Source of the DNA: an uncultured Verrucomicrobiae bacterium
GTDB taxonomy: Bacteria; Verrucomicrobiota; Verrucomicrobiia; Limisphaerales; Palsa-1400
Reading direction: 5' to 3'
Length of the DNA stretch: 64,000 bases
Assembly (NCBI GenBank): GCA_963764165.1
Contig: CAVXRD010000002.1
Coordinates: forward strand, 2,944,001 to 3,008,000
The notes under the pieces are model-generated. The model was not told where the DNA came from. It was given only the letters and a program-made list of their open reading frames with translations, and did not search any database. Every line of letters starts with the position of its first letter. Position 1 is the stretch's first letter. The position numbers and the translations under genes were made by a program. Of the stretch, positions 11,498-21,724 are shown in pieces.

Positions 11498-13336
11498 TTA
11501 GCCTGGCAGACAAGCTACCTGCAAACATTCGTGGTCCTTCGGCTGCGCGCGCTTGGGACTCTGCTGCAGCCGTTCGATCTCCGCTGCCAATTCCGCCACA
11601 GTAGGGCCGGCAAACAAGGTGCGAAGACTCATCTCCAATCCGCAAATGCGGCGGAGCCGGGCAATGAGCTGCGCGCCCACCAGCGAGTGGGCGCCCATCG
11701 CGAAGAAATTTTCTTCCACATCCACACGCGGCAATCCAAGCAAGCTCCCCAAAATATCGGCCACCGTTTTCTCCAACTCCGTCCTGGGAGCGGTGAACGC
11801 ATGATCTTGCAGCGTGTTCTCCTCGTTCGGAAGGGGCAGTTGAGACCTGCTTGGCTTCCCGTTGGCGGAAAGCGGCAGGCTGTCCAGCTTCACGAAAATG
11901 TCGGGTATCATGTAATCCGGCAGACGAACCCGAAGGAAATCGCGCAACTCACTTGGCGTGGGTGTGCCGTCACGGGCAGGGACAATGTATGCCACGAGAC
12001 GCTTTTCCCCTGCGCCAGCTTGAACCCCCACGACCAAGCTCTGCACCACTTGCGGATGGCGATTCAGCGCGGCGGCAATTTCATTTGGCTCGATGCGAAA
12101 GCCTCGCACTTTGATTTGATCGTCCTTGCGCCCCGCGAAGGCTATTTGCCCGTCAGGCAGGAATTTGGCCGCGTCCCCAGTTTTGAACATTCGCCCACCC
12201 GTTGGGCTGGTCGAGTCGGCAACAAATCGCTTGGCGGTCAACTCCGGCCGATTTCGGTAGCCTCGCGCGACGCACGCGCCGCCAATATAGAGTTCACCTT
12301 CGGTCCCCCCTGCCACCGGCTGTCCCGCGTCATCCAAGATATAAATTTGCGCGCTGGATATGGGCCAGCCGATGGTCGGAAGTCCGTCCTTCGCGTCTCC
12401 AGGCAGAACACGGCCTGAAGTGGCCACCACCGTGCATTCGGTCGGGCCGTAATTGTTAATCAATTGAAAAGGCACTCCCTCGGGTGGGTAGCGGTGAAGC
12501 GTGTCAGCCCCGGTGAGCAAATAGCGCAAGGCTGTTTGCCGCGGCCAGGGCAAGGTCAGCAAAAGCTCCGCCAAGGGCGTTGGCGCGAAGCTGATTGTGA
12601 TCCGCTCCGCCACCAGCCAATCGCGCAAAGCAACAGCATCACCCGCCAGTTGAGGGCCGGCAATGTAAACCGAGGCGCCGGTAGCCAAGTAAGGCCAGAT
12701 TTCCCAACCGGCGGCGTCAAAACCAAAATTGGCAATTTGACTTGCCCGGTCATCGGAGGTGACTTGGAATGCTTGTTGATGCCAGGAGACGAGGCTCAGG
12801 AGGTTTTCTTGCGTGACTTCGACCCCGTTCGGCTCGCCAGTGGAACCGGACGTGTAGATCACGTAGGCGAGGCGATCCAGTCCAGCCTCGGGAAGTGCGG
12901 CGGTGGATTCTGTTGGATTAGCGCCTTCCAAAATTTTTCCTTCGGCATCTAGAACGATGGTTGGCCATTCGCCTTTGGGGGCCTTGTCTTCGTTGCCTTC
13001 GCCTGCCACCAAGACCGAGATCTGAGCGTCCTTTGCCATGAAAGCCAGCCGCGCCGCCGGATTAAGCGCATCCAGCGGAAGGTAAGCTCCGCCCGCCTTC
13101 CAAACGGCCAAGGCAGCGATCACCATTGCCGGCGAGCGTTGCATGCACACGCCCACGACGGTTTCAGGTTTGACTCCAAAGCTTCTCAGCACATGGGCCA
13201 AGGCGGCAGCCCGCTCGTCCAATTCGTTGTACGTTAAATAACGGGCACCGTAGGCTAGCGCTATGGCATCCGGCTTGGAGGCGGCTTGGAAAGCCACGAG
13301 TTGGTCAATTGAATGGCTGGCAATAATAGAATTCAT
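11498..13336 (-). CDS. NRPS adenylation-thiolation (A-PCP) didomain protein
   Basis: LAYVIYTSGSTGEPNG, NNYGPTE, GELYIGG, FKTGD, GRKDDQIKVRGFRIE, PLSANGK, and PCP motif FFAMGAHSL. Confidence 0.95.
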   Translation of the reverse strand: MNSIIASHSIDQLVAFQAASKPDAIALAYGARYLTYNELDERAAALAHVLRSFGVKPETVVGVCMQRSPAMVIAALAVWKAGGAYLPLDALNPAARLAFMAKDAQISVLVAGEGNEDKAPKGEWPTIVLDAEGKILEGANPTESTAALPEAGLDRLAYVIYTSGSTGEPNGVEVTQENLLSLVSWHQQAFQVTSDDRASQIANFGFDAAGWEIWPYLATGASVYIAGPQLAGDAVALRDWLVAERITISFAPTPLAELLLTLPWPRQTALRYLLTGADTLHRYPPEGVPFQLINNYGPTECTVVATSGRVLPGDAKDGLPTIGWPISSAQIYILDDAGQPVAGGTEGELYIGGACVARGYRNRPELTAKRFVADSTSPTGGRMFKTGDAAKFLPDGQIAFAGRKDDQIKVRGFRIEPNEIAAALNRHPQVVQSLVVGVQAGAGEKRLVAYIVPARDGTPTPSELRDFLRVRLPDYMIPDIFVKLDSLPLSANGKPSRSQLPLPNEENTLQDHAFTAPRTELEKTVADILGSLLGLPRVDVEENFFAMGAHSLVGAQLIARLRRICGLEMSLRTLFAGPTVAELAAEIERLQQSPKRAQPKDHECLQVACLPG

Positions 13337-13627
13337 TTCAAAGATTAGCGGCTGAGGGAAATCATTTGACTACTCCTGTCAAACGTCTCAATCGCTATCG
13401 CACGAACCGTTCCCTCAGAGCGCCGGTTCGTCAACGCAGGTAAATACCTCAGCCATGGTCGGTTAAGCATGTAAGGCTCGTTTCCGACAGCGGATCAGGG
13501 GAAAGTCTGGAGTGGCTTCAAGTAAGATCCTCTAGCAGCGGTGTAATGGGTCCATCACCGCTGGCGGAGCCGTCAACTTCGCAAATTTGCGCTTGTCAGA
13601 CGTTATATTTAAGAAAATATATCGCGC

Positions 13628-14530
13628 ATGAATTCTAAGACGTCAAATGGTTACGGTTCCAAATTGACAAGGCTTGCGGCCAAGTGCGCCGTTCTTGTCG
13701 CCACCGCAATTTCCACCGCGCTCCACGCCCAGGACGCGTCAAGTGACACGAACATGGCGCCAGGCGGGAATTATTTTGAAAATTGGTTCGCCCGCGTGTC
13801 GAAAATTCAATCCGAGCAGCCGCATTGGATTACGCCGATGACGACCGTCACGCCCCGGCTGGAGGAGGAAGTGCGTTACGACCAATCGTGGGAGACGACT
13901 TCCTCGCACGTCCACCTGACCAGTTACGATTACGGGAAGGGCCTGGAACTCATCCCCTGCGAAAATGTCGAAGTCATACTCGGCTATCCGGCGTGGCAGA
14001 GCCGGAACAAAGGCGACGAACGCGACGGGTTTGCCGACGATAATTTCCTGCTGAAATACCGCATCGCCTCCGCCAACGAGGAGAACGGCAATTATATCGT
14101 CACGGGGTTTCTCGGCCTGGGCGTCCCGACCGGCAGCAAAGGCAACACGACCGACAATTACACTGTCACGCCCACCATCGCGGCGGGCAAAGGCTGGCGA
14201 GATTTCGACATACAGAGCACGCTGGGTGTGGCCTTGCCGGACAATCTCACCGCGCCGGGCGGGGCCGGGACGCCGATACTTTTTAACACCGCCTTCCAAT
14301 ATCGCGTGCTCAAAGTCCTGTGGCCGGAGTTGGATGTCAATTATACCTACTGGCCCAATGGAGAGCATCTCGGACTGAACCAGGTCTTCCTGACACCGAG
14401 CTTTCTAATCGGGCGCCTGCCGATTTGGGAGCGCGTCGGAATGACAATTGGCCTTGGGTATCAAATTGCGGTCACGGATCATCCGACATACAACCACAAC
14501 TTTATCGTCTCCGCCCGCATTCCGTTTTGA
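13628..14530 (+). CDS. Putative outer-membrane beta-barrel protein (MetA-pathway/transporter-like)
   Basis: Signal peptide ending LHA-Q, alternating amphipathic strands, C-terminal Phe. Confidence 0.65.
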   Translation: MNSKTSNGYGSKLTRLAAKCAVLVATAISTALHAQDASSDTNMAPGGNYFENWFARVSKIQSEQPHWITPMTTVTPRLEEEVRYDQSWETTSSHVHLTSYDYGKGLELIPCENVEVILGYPAWQSRNKGDERDGFADDNFLLKYRIASANEENGNYIVTGFLGLGVPTGSKGNTTDNYTVTPTIAAGKGWRDFDIQSTLGVALPDNLTAPGGAGTPILFNTAFQYRVLKVLWPELDVNYTYWPNGEHLGLNQVFLTPSFLIGRLPIWERVGMTIGLGYQIAVTDHPTYNHNFIVSARIPF

Positions 14531-14556
14531 GCACGCGGCTATTTCAAAAACCTTCT

Positions 14557-14997
14557 CTAAGCTGGAATTACGGCCCGCAGGCCGGCTGCGTTCGCCAACG
14601 TGAATTGATCCTTATCAAAGGTCACAAAGGTGGCAGCCCGGATTTCCAACGCCGCTGCGATATGCCAGAGATCGAGTGACCGGCAGGAGTATGTCCAACC
14701 AAATTGGTCGGCCACGGCTTCTGCCTGACGCAACGTCTCCGTCCATTCAAGAGATTGATGAATCAATGTGCCGTCACCCAAATCTTCTTCCATGCTGCGC
14801 AGAACAAGACGACCCGTAGCCTGGGTAATTAACCCGCTATAAACACACTGGCGAACCGTCGTTCGCAATTCCAATCGGTGGAGAGGTGTAAAAAGGATTG
14901 GTTCACGATGGCGCGCCCGATGGCGAAGCGCCGCAGATGTGTGGTCATTCGGCACGTAAAGAGCAACGAGGCAGGATGTATCTAAATAAGTTTTCAA
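14557..14997 (-). CDS. vapC: PIN-domain toxin (VapC family)
   Basis: YLDTSCLV...LE...RSLDLWHIAAA...FVTFDKDQ. Confidence 0.9.
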   Translation of the reverse strand: MKTYLDTSCLVALYVPNDHTSAALRHRARHREPILFTPLHRLELRTTVRQCVYSGLITQATGRLVLRSMEEDLGDGTLIHQSLEWTETLRQAEAVADQFGWTYSCRSLDLWHIAAALEIRAATFVTFDKDQFTLANAAGLRAVIPA

Positions 14998-15227
14998 CGA
15001 CGGACGCGCTGAAGCACTTCGGACACCCCGGGAATCGGTTTTCGGGAAATGCGATTAAGTCGGGCTCGAAACGTCGCCACCGATTTGCCCGGTTTGGGTT
15101 TGGAAGCCGGAACGAGGACAATCCAAGGTTTGCCACTGTCAGTGACCATGACCTTTTCCCCTGAATGCGCCAAGTCCGCGATTCTGTCAAATTCCTGACT
15201 TGCTTCCTGTTTTGTGACTGTTCTCAC
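14994..15227 (-). CDS. Phd/YefM-family antitoxin
   Basis: RTVTKQEASQEFDRIADLAHSGEKVMVTDSGKP pattern; TTGA overlap with the PIN gene. Start placed at GTG 15227. Confidence 0.85.
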   Translation of the reverse strand: MRTVTKQEASQEFDRIADLAHSGEKVMVTDSGKPWIVLVPASKPKPGKSVATFRARLNRISRKPIPGVSEVLQRVRR

Positions 15228-15431
15228 CCGATCCACACTGCGATAAACTGCGGAAATTGCAAGCGATTCCATGCGATCAGGTCTGCGCCTGCAGCCTGAT
15301 TTTGACCGCGATCCCAAGTGCCCGGGTGGCCTAGAGCGACGCTGCTGTTCGAGACGGCTTTAATATCGAGTCCTCAAAACAGTCAGGGCTTGCGCTTTGG
15401 CTCTTTTGGCCCATATTCGCTTAACATATTT

Positions 15432-15857
15432 ATGCAGACCACTATTACTCAAACCGACGACGCTGTGCGCCAAAAGACTTTGGATTTGTGCGAGACGATC
15501 GTCAGCCAACCCAAATTCCTGAGCATCCGCGAGCGTATTGAGGCATTCTCGGCCGATTCGCGCGCCCAGCAGCAATATCAGAGCTTGAGCGAGAAGGGCC
15601 GCGCCCTTCACGAGCGCCAGCATCAGGGTCTTGCGCTGGATCCCAAGGAAGTCGCCGCCTTTGACAAGGAGCGCGATGCTTTCCTCGCGAATCCCGTCGC
15701 CAAGAATTTTATTGAGGCGCAGGAAGAGATGCACGAATTGCAGCAGGAAGTTCAGCAAATCGTCAGCAAGACGTTTGAACTCGGCCGCGTTCCAAGCGAA
15801 GCCGATTTGCAGGCGGAAGACGGTTCCTGCGGGCACGGCTGCGGCTGCCATCATTAA
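15432..15857 (+). CDS. YlbF/YmcA-like regulator
   Basis: Helical protein with NPVAKNFIEAQ and C-terminal CGHGCGCHH. Confidence 0.75.
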   Translation: MQTTITQTDDAVRQKTLDLCETIVSQPKFLSIRERIEAFSADSRAQQQYQSLSEKGRALHERQHQGLALDPKEVAAFDKERDAFLANPVAKNFIEAQEEMHELQQEVQQIVSKTFELGRVPSEADLQAEDGSCGHGCGCHH

Positions 15858-15863
15858 TCGGAT

Positions 15864-16199
15864 TTATACGGCGGACTTCGTTTCCGCCGCCAGCCAGGCG
15901 AGGTAACGCTTGCTTCCGCTCTCCAGCGGCACAACGAGAAATTCTGGTGTGTCGTAAGGGTGAGATTTAAGAATAACCTGCTCGAGTTTCTTGAGCAGGT
16001 TTTTTCGCGTCTTGAACAGGATCAAAACTTCCTTGCCCGATTCCATTTTTCCCTGCCACCAATAATGCGATTCCAGCGCCGGAATCAAATTCGCGCAGGC
16101 AACCAGGCGAGATTCGAGCGCGACCTTTGCAACGCGCCGGGCCGTTTTCAAATCCGGTGCGCTCACCAGCACAACTCGAAATGCCGCCGCTGATTTCAC
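15864..16199 (-). CDS. cutA: Divalent-cation tolerance protein CutA
   Basis: LVACANLIP, SHYWWQGK, HPYDTPE. Start placed at GTG 16199. Confidence 0.93.
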   Translation of the reverse strand: MKSAAAFRVVLVSAPDLKTARRVAKVALESRLVACANLIPALESHYWWQGKMESGKEVLILFKTRKNLLKKLEQVILKSHPYDTPEFLVVPLESGSKRYLAWLAAETKSAV

Positions 16200-16210
16200 C
16201 CGACGCAAGA

Positions 16211-16312
16211 GGTAGGGACGCCTCGCCGAGGCGTCCGGTTGCGTGTGGATTTTATCGTGGGTCTCGCATGCATAATGCCTCACCCCGGACGCCTCGGCGA
16301 GGCGTCCCTGCC
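16211..16312. repeat. REP family 1 inverted pair (GTAGGGACGCCTCGCCGAGGCGTCCG)
   Basis: GTAG-tailed palindrome plus its reverse complement; recurs at 18924, 26219, 48577, 52646 and 56961. Confidence 0.9.
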
Positions 16313-16337
16313 ACTGAACTGTGTGTCGCGCGGCATC

Positions 16338-16667
16338 TCAAACAAAAGTCAGCGGGCCGTCGTAAACTGTCAAACTAATTACCTCCGTCCGTGCGATGTG
16401 CGGGCCGCGCAATTCGCCGCGCGGGGAGAAGAAAAATGCGCCGGTGGTATAGATCACGCCCTCCTCTTCCCACTCGCCGGACAGAACGTAGACAAACTCG
16501 TTGGCCTGAGGATGGATATGCGCGGGGACGGTTGTGCCTGCATGAAATTTCCGCAGGAAGGTCACGCCCTGGGTTTCCTCGTTGGTGTGCAGCTCCAGCA
16601 GTTCCACACCTGGATAAGGGCCGGGCTTCCATTTTTTCTCCCCTGCGATGCTGACGTGTTGAAACAT
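16338..16667 (-). CDS. Cupin domain protein (ChrR-like)
   Basis: PAHIHPQANEFVYVLSGEW cupin motif. Confidence 0.85.
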   Translation of the reverse strand: MFQHVSIAGEKKWKPGPYPGVELLELHTNEETQGVTFLRKFHAGTTVPAHIHPQANEFVYVLSGEWEEEGVIYTTGAFFFSPRGELRGPHIARTEVISLTVYDGPLTFV

Positions 16668-16742
16668 AGGAATACGACGTTTTAATTTGATCCCGAATCG
16701 GTTTCAACGTTCACTCAAACCGCCATGCTGGCAAATTAAAAT

Positions 16743-17315
16743 ATGCTGCTGTTTCGCGAACGCATTCCCGCGGACTGGCTGCCGAAGGTGCTGGCCAATC
16801 TGCCCGCCGTGCTGGTGGATCACGCCCACCTCGAGCGCAAAGCGGCGACGACTGCCTTGAACCTCGAAAAATACCGCGATCTCTACGGGCGGGTGGATGA
16901 GTTGAACGCCATCGCCATCGAGGAGTTGCAGCATTTCCAACTCGTCCTGCAATTGCTGCGGGCGCGCGGCATTCCCTTCGGCCAGCCATTTCCCAGTCCG
17001 TGGATTTCTGGCTTGATGCGAAGCGTCCGAAACGGCCAGCGCCATCAAGTCATCGATCACCTGATTTGCTGCGCGCTGATCGAAGGGCGAAGCTGCGAGA
17101 AATTCCAAGTCCTGTCGCGCGAACTGGGGGAGATTGATGCGGAGTTGGCGAAATTTTACGGGAGCCTTGTGGAGTCGGAAGGCAACCATTACGCGACCTA
17201 CATTCTCATGGCCCGCGCGGTGGATGACGCGGAAACAGATCGGCGCCTCGATTTCTATCTCGACCTTGATGCGCAATTGATTCGGCAGGGAAGTCCAATG
17301 CCGATATTGCACTAA
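16743..17315 (+). CDS. miaE: tRNA-(ms2io6A37) hydroxylase, ferritin-like
   Basis: DHAHLERKAA, EELQHF, ALIEGRSCEKF, SEGNHY di-iron motifs. Confidence 0.9.
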   Translation: MLLFRERIPADWLPKVLANLPAVLVDHAHLERKAATTALNLEKYRDLYGRVDELNAIAIEELQHFQLVLQLLRARGIPFGQPFPSPWISGLMRSVRNGQRHQVIDHLICCALIEGRSCEKFQVLSRELGEIDAELAKFYGSLVESEGNHYATYILMARAVDDAETDRRLDFYLDLDAQLIRQGSPMPILH

Positions 17316-17318
17316 GAA

Positions 17319-18872
17319 TCACTTAGGCCGGTAGCTCTTGACGACCAAGTCGCTCAAAACCTTGTCCGGCGTTTCGACCGCATCCTGGTCAATAACAAAT
17401 TCCTGCTGCCCCGTGTTTTGCGAAATCAGTTTCAGGCCGAATTGAAAATCCTTGAACCTTTCGCTGCACAAATCGCGCACGGGAACGGACTTTTCCAGAG
17501 CCATCGCGACAAGGCGGTCCGCCGCGGCTTCGGTGAAACGAAGTGTCAGCTTGTAGGTGTCACCGAAGCGCGCGGCGAAATCATGAACCAATTGGCGGGC
17601 GACGACGCGCTCCTCTTTCTGGTGCTCGGCCAGCAGCTTGGTCAGTTCGGCGGCGGGGTTGTCCACCAATTCGCGGGTGACAACAAATCGTTTCACCAGC
17701 GTGGAAGGCAGCTCAAATTTGAAATCGCGAAAGACCCGCTCGCACACCGTCATCAGCCCGCGCGCGCCCGTCGTCTCTTCGGCCGCCAGCTCGGCGATGC
17801 GCCGCAGGCCATCGTCGCGGAACAGCACCTCAATTCCGTAGGCCGCAAACGTTTGTTCGTATTGACGGATGATGCTTCCCTCTGAGGTTTTCAGAATCGT
17901 GAACAAATCGTCGACACCGAGCGGGCGGCAGATCACGCGGACCGGGAGGCGGCCGATAAATTCCGGCTCGAAACCGAATTCGATGAAATCGCGCGTCTGG
18001 CTGTGTTCCAAGGCGGTGGATTCGTCCGCGTGCCGGATGCCGGGCACGGGCGCGGCGAAACCGATGGTGGCCTCGCGCAGGCGCTTTTTGACAATCTTCT
18101 CCAGCCCATCGAACGCGCCGCTGACGATGAATAAAATGTGTTTGGTGTTGATGGTGGCCGGGGACTTTTTCCCGCGCTGGGAAAGATCCATCATCGCTTG
18201 AATTTGGCCGCTGATGTCGTTGGGAGAGCGCGCCGGGACGTTGGTTTCCTCCATCAACTTGAGCAAATTCGTCTGCACGCCGCGCCCGCTGACGTCACGA
18301 ACCGAACTATTCGAGGCCGAAGCAATCTTGTCGATTTCGTCGATGTAGATAATGCCGTATTGGGCGCGGTCAATGTCGTTATCCGCCCGCCGCACCAATT
18401 CGCGCACCAGATCTTCGACATCCGCGCCGACATAGCCGGTTTCGGAAAATTTGGTCGCATCCGCTTTGACAAACGGCACGCCGATGAGATCGGCGGCGTT
18501 GCGAATCAGATACGTTTTGCCAACGCCAGTGGGGCCGAGGAGGATGACGTTTTGTTTGGAATAGTTCGCCTGGCCATTCCCCTCTCGCGCTTGGCGGACG
18601 TAATGGTAATGGTCGCACAATGCGACGCTCAAAACCTTCTTCGCCTCGTCTTGCTTGATGACGAAGCGATCGAGGTAAGCTTTGACGTCGCGCGGTTTCT
18701 TATCGAAGGAAAAATCGCCGTCGGTGGTCTTTTCCTCAGGAGTTTCGTGTGTGAAGGCCGCTTCCGGCTTGTTGGGAACAGCCGAACCGGCCAGATGCTG
18801 ACGCATGAACTCCTGCAACTGCCGCTGGAATTCCTCCGGCGTCGGCGGCCCATTGAAAATTTGTTTCTCCAT
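17319..18872 (-). CDS. clpX: ClpX-like AAA+ ATPase lacking the N-terminal zinc finger, with a C-terminal extension
   Basis: [45 protein letters not shown] loop, [14 protein letters not shown]. Confidence 0.85.
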   Translation of the reverse strand: MEKQIFNGPPTPEEFQRQLQEFMRQHLAGSAVPNKPEAAFTHETPEEKTTDGDFSFDKKPRDVKAYLDRFVIKQDEAKKVLSVALCDHYHYVRQAREGNGQANYSKQNVILLGPTGVGKTYLIRNAADLIGVPFVKADATKFSETGYVGADVEDLVRELVRRADNDIDRAQYGIIYIDEIDKIASASNSSVRDVSGRGVQTNLLKLMEETNVPARSPNDISGQIQAMMDLSQRGKKSPATINTKHILFIVSGAFDGLEKIVKKRLREATIGFAAPVPGIRHADESTALEHSQTRDFIEFGFEPEFIGRLPVRVICRPLGVDDLFTILKTSEGSIIRQYEQTFAAYGIEVLFRDDGLRRIAELAAEETTGARGLMTVCERVFRDFKFELPSTLVKRFVVTRELVDNPAAELTKLLAEHQKEERVVARQLVHDFAARFGDTYKLTLRFTEAAADRLVAMALEKSVPVRDLCSERFKDFQFGLKLISQNTGQQEFVIDQDAVETPDKVLSDLVVKSYRPK

Positions 18873-18923
18873 ATAAGGCACGTCAACCTAAGTCGACTTT
18901 CGGCAAAGCGCAATGTGCAGGAA

Positions 18924-19018
18924 AGGGACGCCTCGCCGAGGCGTCCGAGGTCGTGACATTTTTCGAACGCGTTGGGACTTGCGAATGTCTCCGGACGCCT
19001 CGGCGAGGCGTCCCTACC
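18924..19018. repeat. REP family 1 inverted pair
   Basis: agggacgcctcgccgaggcgtccg ... ccggacgcctcggcgaggcgtccctacc. Confidence 0.9.
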
Positions 19019-19177
19019 TTTAACCTGCGAGACGCTCTGGCCGCCGCTTGCCGTTTGACGAATGGGTGGAAGTGGGACAAACTCGGCAGCGTCGATACTA
19101 CGATGAAAGGTTTTTGGTTTGACAGGCTCCCACGGCGGCCGGACGCTGCCGCCGCGCCCGTATTCTAGTCCGCCCCA

Positions 19178-21724
19178 ATGCCGACGACCACATCCCAAAC
19201 GCCTGTTTCTCCTCCCCGACCCTCGGTCAACGGAAAGTTCTTTCGTTTGGGCGACAAAAAGTTTTACCCAAAAGGCGTCACCTATGGGCCGTTCCGGCTG
19301 AATTCCCAAGGCCAGCCATTCCTCGAACCCGCCGCCACCGAGCGCGATTTTGAACTCGTCCGAAAGCTCGGCGCCAATTTGCTGCGCGTCTATCATACCC
19401 CGCCGCGCTGGCTGCTGGACCTGGCGCAAGCCCACGGACTCAAGCTCCTGATCGATGTTCCTTGGAGCAAGCACCTCTGTTTTCTCGATTCGGCCGTGTT
19501 CCAGCAACAGGCGTGCGATGCCGTTCGCGCGGCGGTGCAAAGCTGCGCGCGGCATCCCGCCGTTTTCGCCTACAGTGTTGTCAACGAGTTGCCGCCGGAC
19601 ATCGTGCGCTGGAGCGGCGCGGAAGCAGTCGAGGATTTTCTGGAACGGCTGGCGGCCGAGGCCAAGAGCGTCGATCCCGAATGCCTCTGCACTTTCGGCA
19701 ATTATCCGCCGACCGAATTTCTCAACCCGCAGAATTTTGATTTTCTTTCCTACAACGTCTATCTGCATCAGCAGCGGCCTTTTGAGAATTACCTGGCCCG
19801 TTTGCAAATGCTGGCGGAAGACAAGCCGCTGATGCTGACGGAACTCGGCATCGACAGCATTCGCGAAGGCGAAGAACAGCAGGCCGCCATTCTCGGGTGG
19901 CAGATTGAATCGGCTTTCCGCGCCGGAGTGGCGGGCGTGGCGGTTTTCAGCTTCACGGACGAATGGCACAAGGACGCGCGCGATGTGCCGGACTGGAAAT
20001 TCGGTTTGACAACCGCCGCGCGCGAGCCGAAGCCCGCTTTTGAATCGGTGCGGCAGAAATTCGCGCAGGCGCCGGGCTTCCCCCTTCCGCAGTATCCGAA
20101 GGTGACGGTGGTGGTCGCGTGCTTCAACGGCGGACGCACGCTGCAGCCGTGCCTGGATTCGCTCGGGCGGCTCAACTATCCCAGTTACGAAGTCATCGTG
20201 GTCAATGACGGTTCGACGGACATCACGGCGCAAGTCGCTTCGCTCTACAAAAATTTCAAGGTCATCACGCAACCGCACCAGGGGCTTTCGGTCGCGCGCA
20301 ACACGGGTTTGTTCGCGGGCGACGGCGAAGTGATCGCTTTCACGGACGCGGATTGCCGGGCGGACGAGGATTGGCTTTATTACCTCGTCGCGGATTTGTT
20401 GAAAGGCTCGTTCGTCGGCATGGGCGGCCACAATTTTCTTCCGCCCGATGATTCGGCAGTCGCGGCCTCCGTGATGGTTTCGCCGGGCGGTCCGGCGCAT
20501 GTTATGTTGACAGACCGGCAGGCTGAGCACGTTCCCGGCTGCAACATGGCTTTTTACAAATGGGCCCTGGCGGAGATCGGCGGGTTCGATCCGATTTTTC
20601 ATCGCGCTGGCGATGACGTGGACATTTGCTGGCGCTTGCAGGAGCGGGGCTACAAAATCGGCTTTTGCCCCCCGGGATTTGTGTGGCACTACCGGCGCTC
20701 GACGGTCGGGGCGTATTTGCGCCAGCAGAGCGGCTACGGCGAGGCGGAGGCAATGCTGGTGCGGCGGCATCCGGAGTATTTTAATTTCATCGGCGGCAGC
20801 GTTTGGCGCGGAAGAATTTATACGGCCTCAAAATTCGGCCTCACCATCGGGCGGCCCATCATTTATCACGGGCTTTTCGGGACGGGATTTTTCCAGAGTG
20901 TTTATCGGACAGAGCCGGCCGCCGCGCTCATGCTTTTCACCAGCCTCGAATATCACGCCTTGGTGAATCTGCCGCTCGTCGCGCTTTCCGTGCCATTTCA
21001 TTGGGTGCTTCCGCTGGCGTTGGTGAGCGTCGGATTTTCACTGGGCGTGTGCATTGTGGCCGGCGCGCAGGCGGACTTGCCGCGCAACAAGCGCCGGTTC
21101 TGGTCGCGCCCGATGGTGGCGATGCTCTTCTTCCTCCAGCCCATCGTGCGCGGATGGGCGCGTTACCAAGGCCGCTTGAATTATGGCCCGACACCGAAAA
21201 AAGCGGTCGAGTCGCTGGAATCACTTTCTTTGCAAGACCGGCCCGAAACGCTTGAACACGTCGAATACTGGTCGAACACGCCCATGGATCGGCTTGATTT
21301 TGTCCGCCGCATTCTGGAACGGCTTGACAAGGAAGGATGGGAAACAAAACCCGACGCGGGCTGGAGCAATTTCGATGTCGAAATCCTTGGCAGCCGCTGG
21401 TGCCATTTGCAATTGGTGACGGTCGTCGAACCGCACGCCAACGGCAAACAAATGGTGCGCTGCCGCCTGCGCACCGCCTGGTCGCTCTTCGCCAAGGCGG
21501 TCATGCTGGCCATGCTGTGCGTTGAATTGGTGATCATCGGAGCCGTCTGGCACCTGGTCTGGCAGATCTGGTTCCTGTTGATAACCGTATTGACCTTCGG
21601 CTGGTTCGTCGACCGCAACCGCCATGATTTGCAGCGCCTGATTTCAGTTGTCTTGGATGACATTGCTGCGAAAAATGGGCTGATCAAACTGAACCGCGAA
21701 CAGAAACCAGCAAAGAAGCCATGA
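19178..21724 (+). CDS. Fusion of a clan GH-A (GH2-like) TIM barrel, GT2 glycosyltransferase and membrane domain
   Basis: N-terminal KGVTYGP, VNELP, LTELG; GT2 motifs VNDGSTD, ARNTG, FTDADC, GDDVD; C-terminal TM helices. Confidence 0.85.
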   Translation: MPTTTSQTPVSPPRPSVNGKFFRLGDKKFYPKGVTYGPFRLNSQGQPFLEPAATERDFELVRKLGANLLRVYHTPPRWLLDLAQAHGLKLLIDVPWSKHLCFLDSAVFQQQACDAVRAAVQSCARHPAVFAYSVVNELPPDIVRWSGAEAVEDFLERLAAEAKSVDPECLCTFGNYPPTEFLNPQNFDFLSYNVYLHQQRPFENYLARLQMLAEDKPLMLTELGIDSIREGEEQQAAILGWQIESAFRAGVAGVAVFSFTDEWHKDARDVPDWKFGLTTAAREPKPAFESVRQKFAQAPGFPLPQYPKVTVVVACFNGGRTLQPCLDSLGRLNYPSYEVIVVNDGSTDITAQVASLYKNFKVITQPHQGLSVARNTGLFAGDGEVIAFTDADCRADEDWLYYLVADLLKGSFVGMGGHNFLPPDDSAVAASVMVSPGGPAHVMLTDRQAEHVPGCNMAFYKWALAEIGGFDPIFHRAGDDVDICWRLQERGYKIGFCPPGFVWHYRRSTVGAYLRQQSGYGEAEAMLVRRHPEYFNFIGGSVWRGRIYTASKFGLTIGRPIIYHGLFGTGFFQSVYRTEPAAALMLFTSLEYHALVNLPLVALSVPFHWVLPLALVSVGFSLGVCIVAGAQADLPRNKRRFWSRPMVAMLFFLQPIVRGWARYQGRLNYGPTPKKAVESLESLSLQDRPETLEHVEYWSNTPMDRLDFVRRILERLDKEGWETKPDAGWSNFDVEILGSRWCHLQLVTVVEPHANGKQMVRCRLRTAWSLFAKAVMLAMLCVELVIIGAVWHLVWQIWFLLITVLTFGWFVDRNRHDLQRLISVVLDDIAAKNGLIKLNREQKPAKKP

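Noticed and set aside
13340..13620. Short hairpins in the NRPS upstream region (CGAACCG/CGGTTCG, CAGCGGTG/CACCGCTG)
   Set aside because: Stems of 7-8 bp are expected by chance in GC-rich DNA and match no RNA family I recognise.
18629..20770. 713-aa minus-strand ORF
   Set aside because: Shadow of the GH/GT2 fusion; it also reads through REP DNA.
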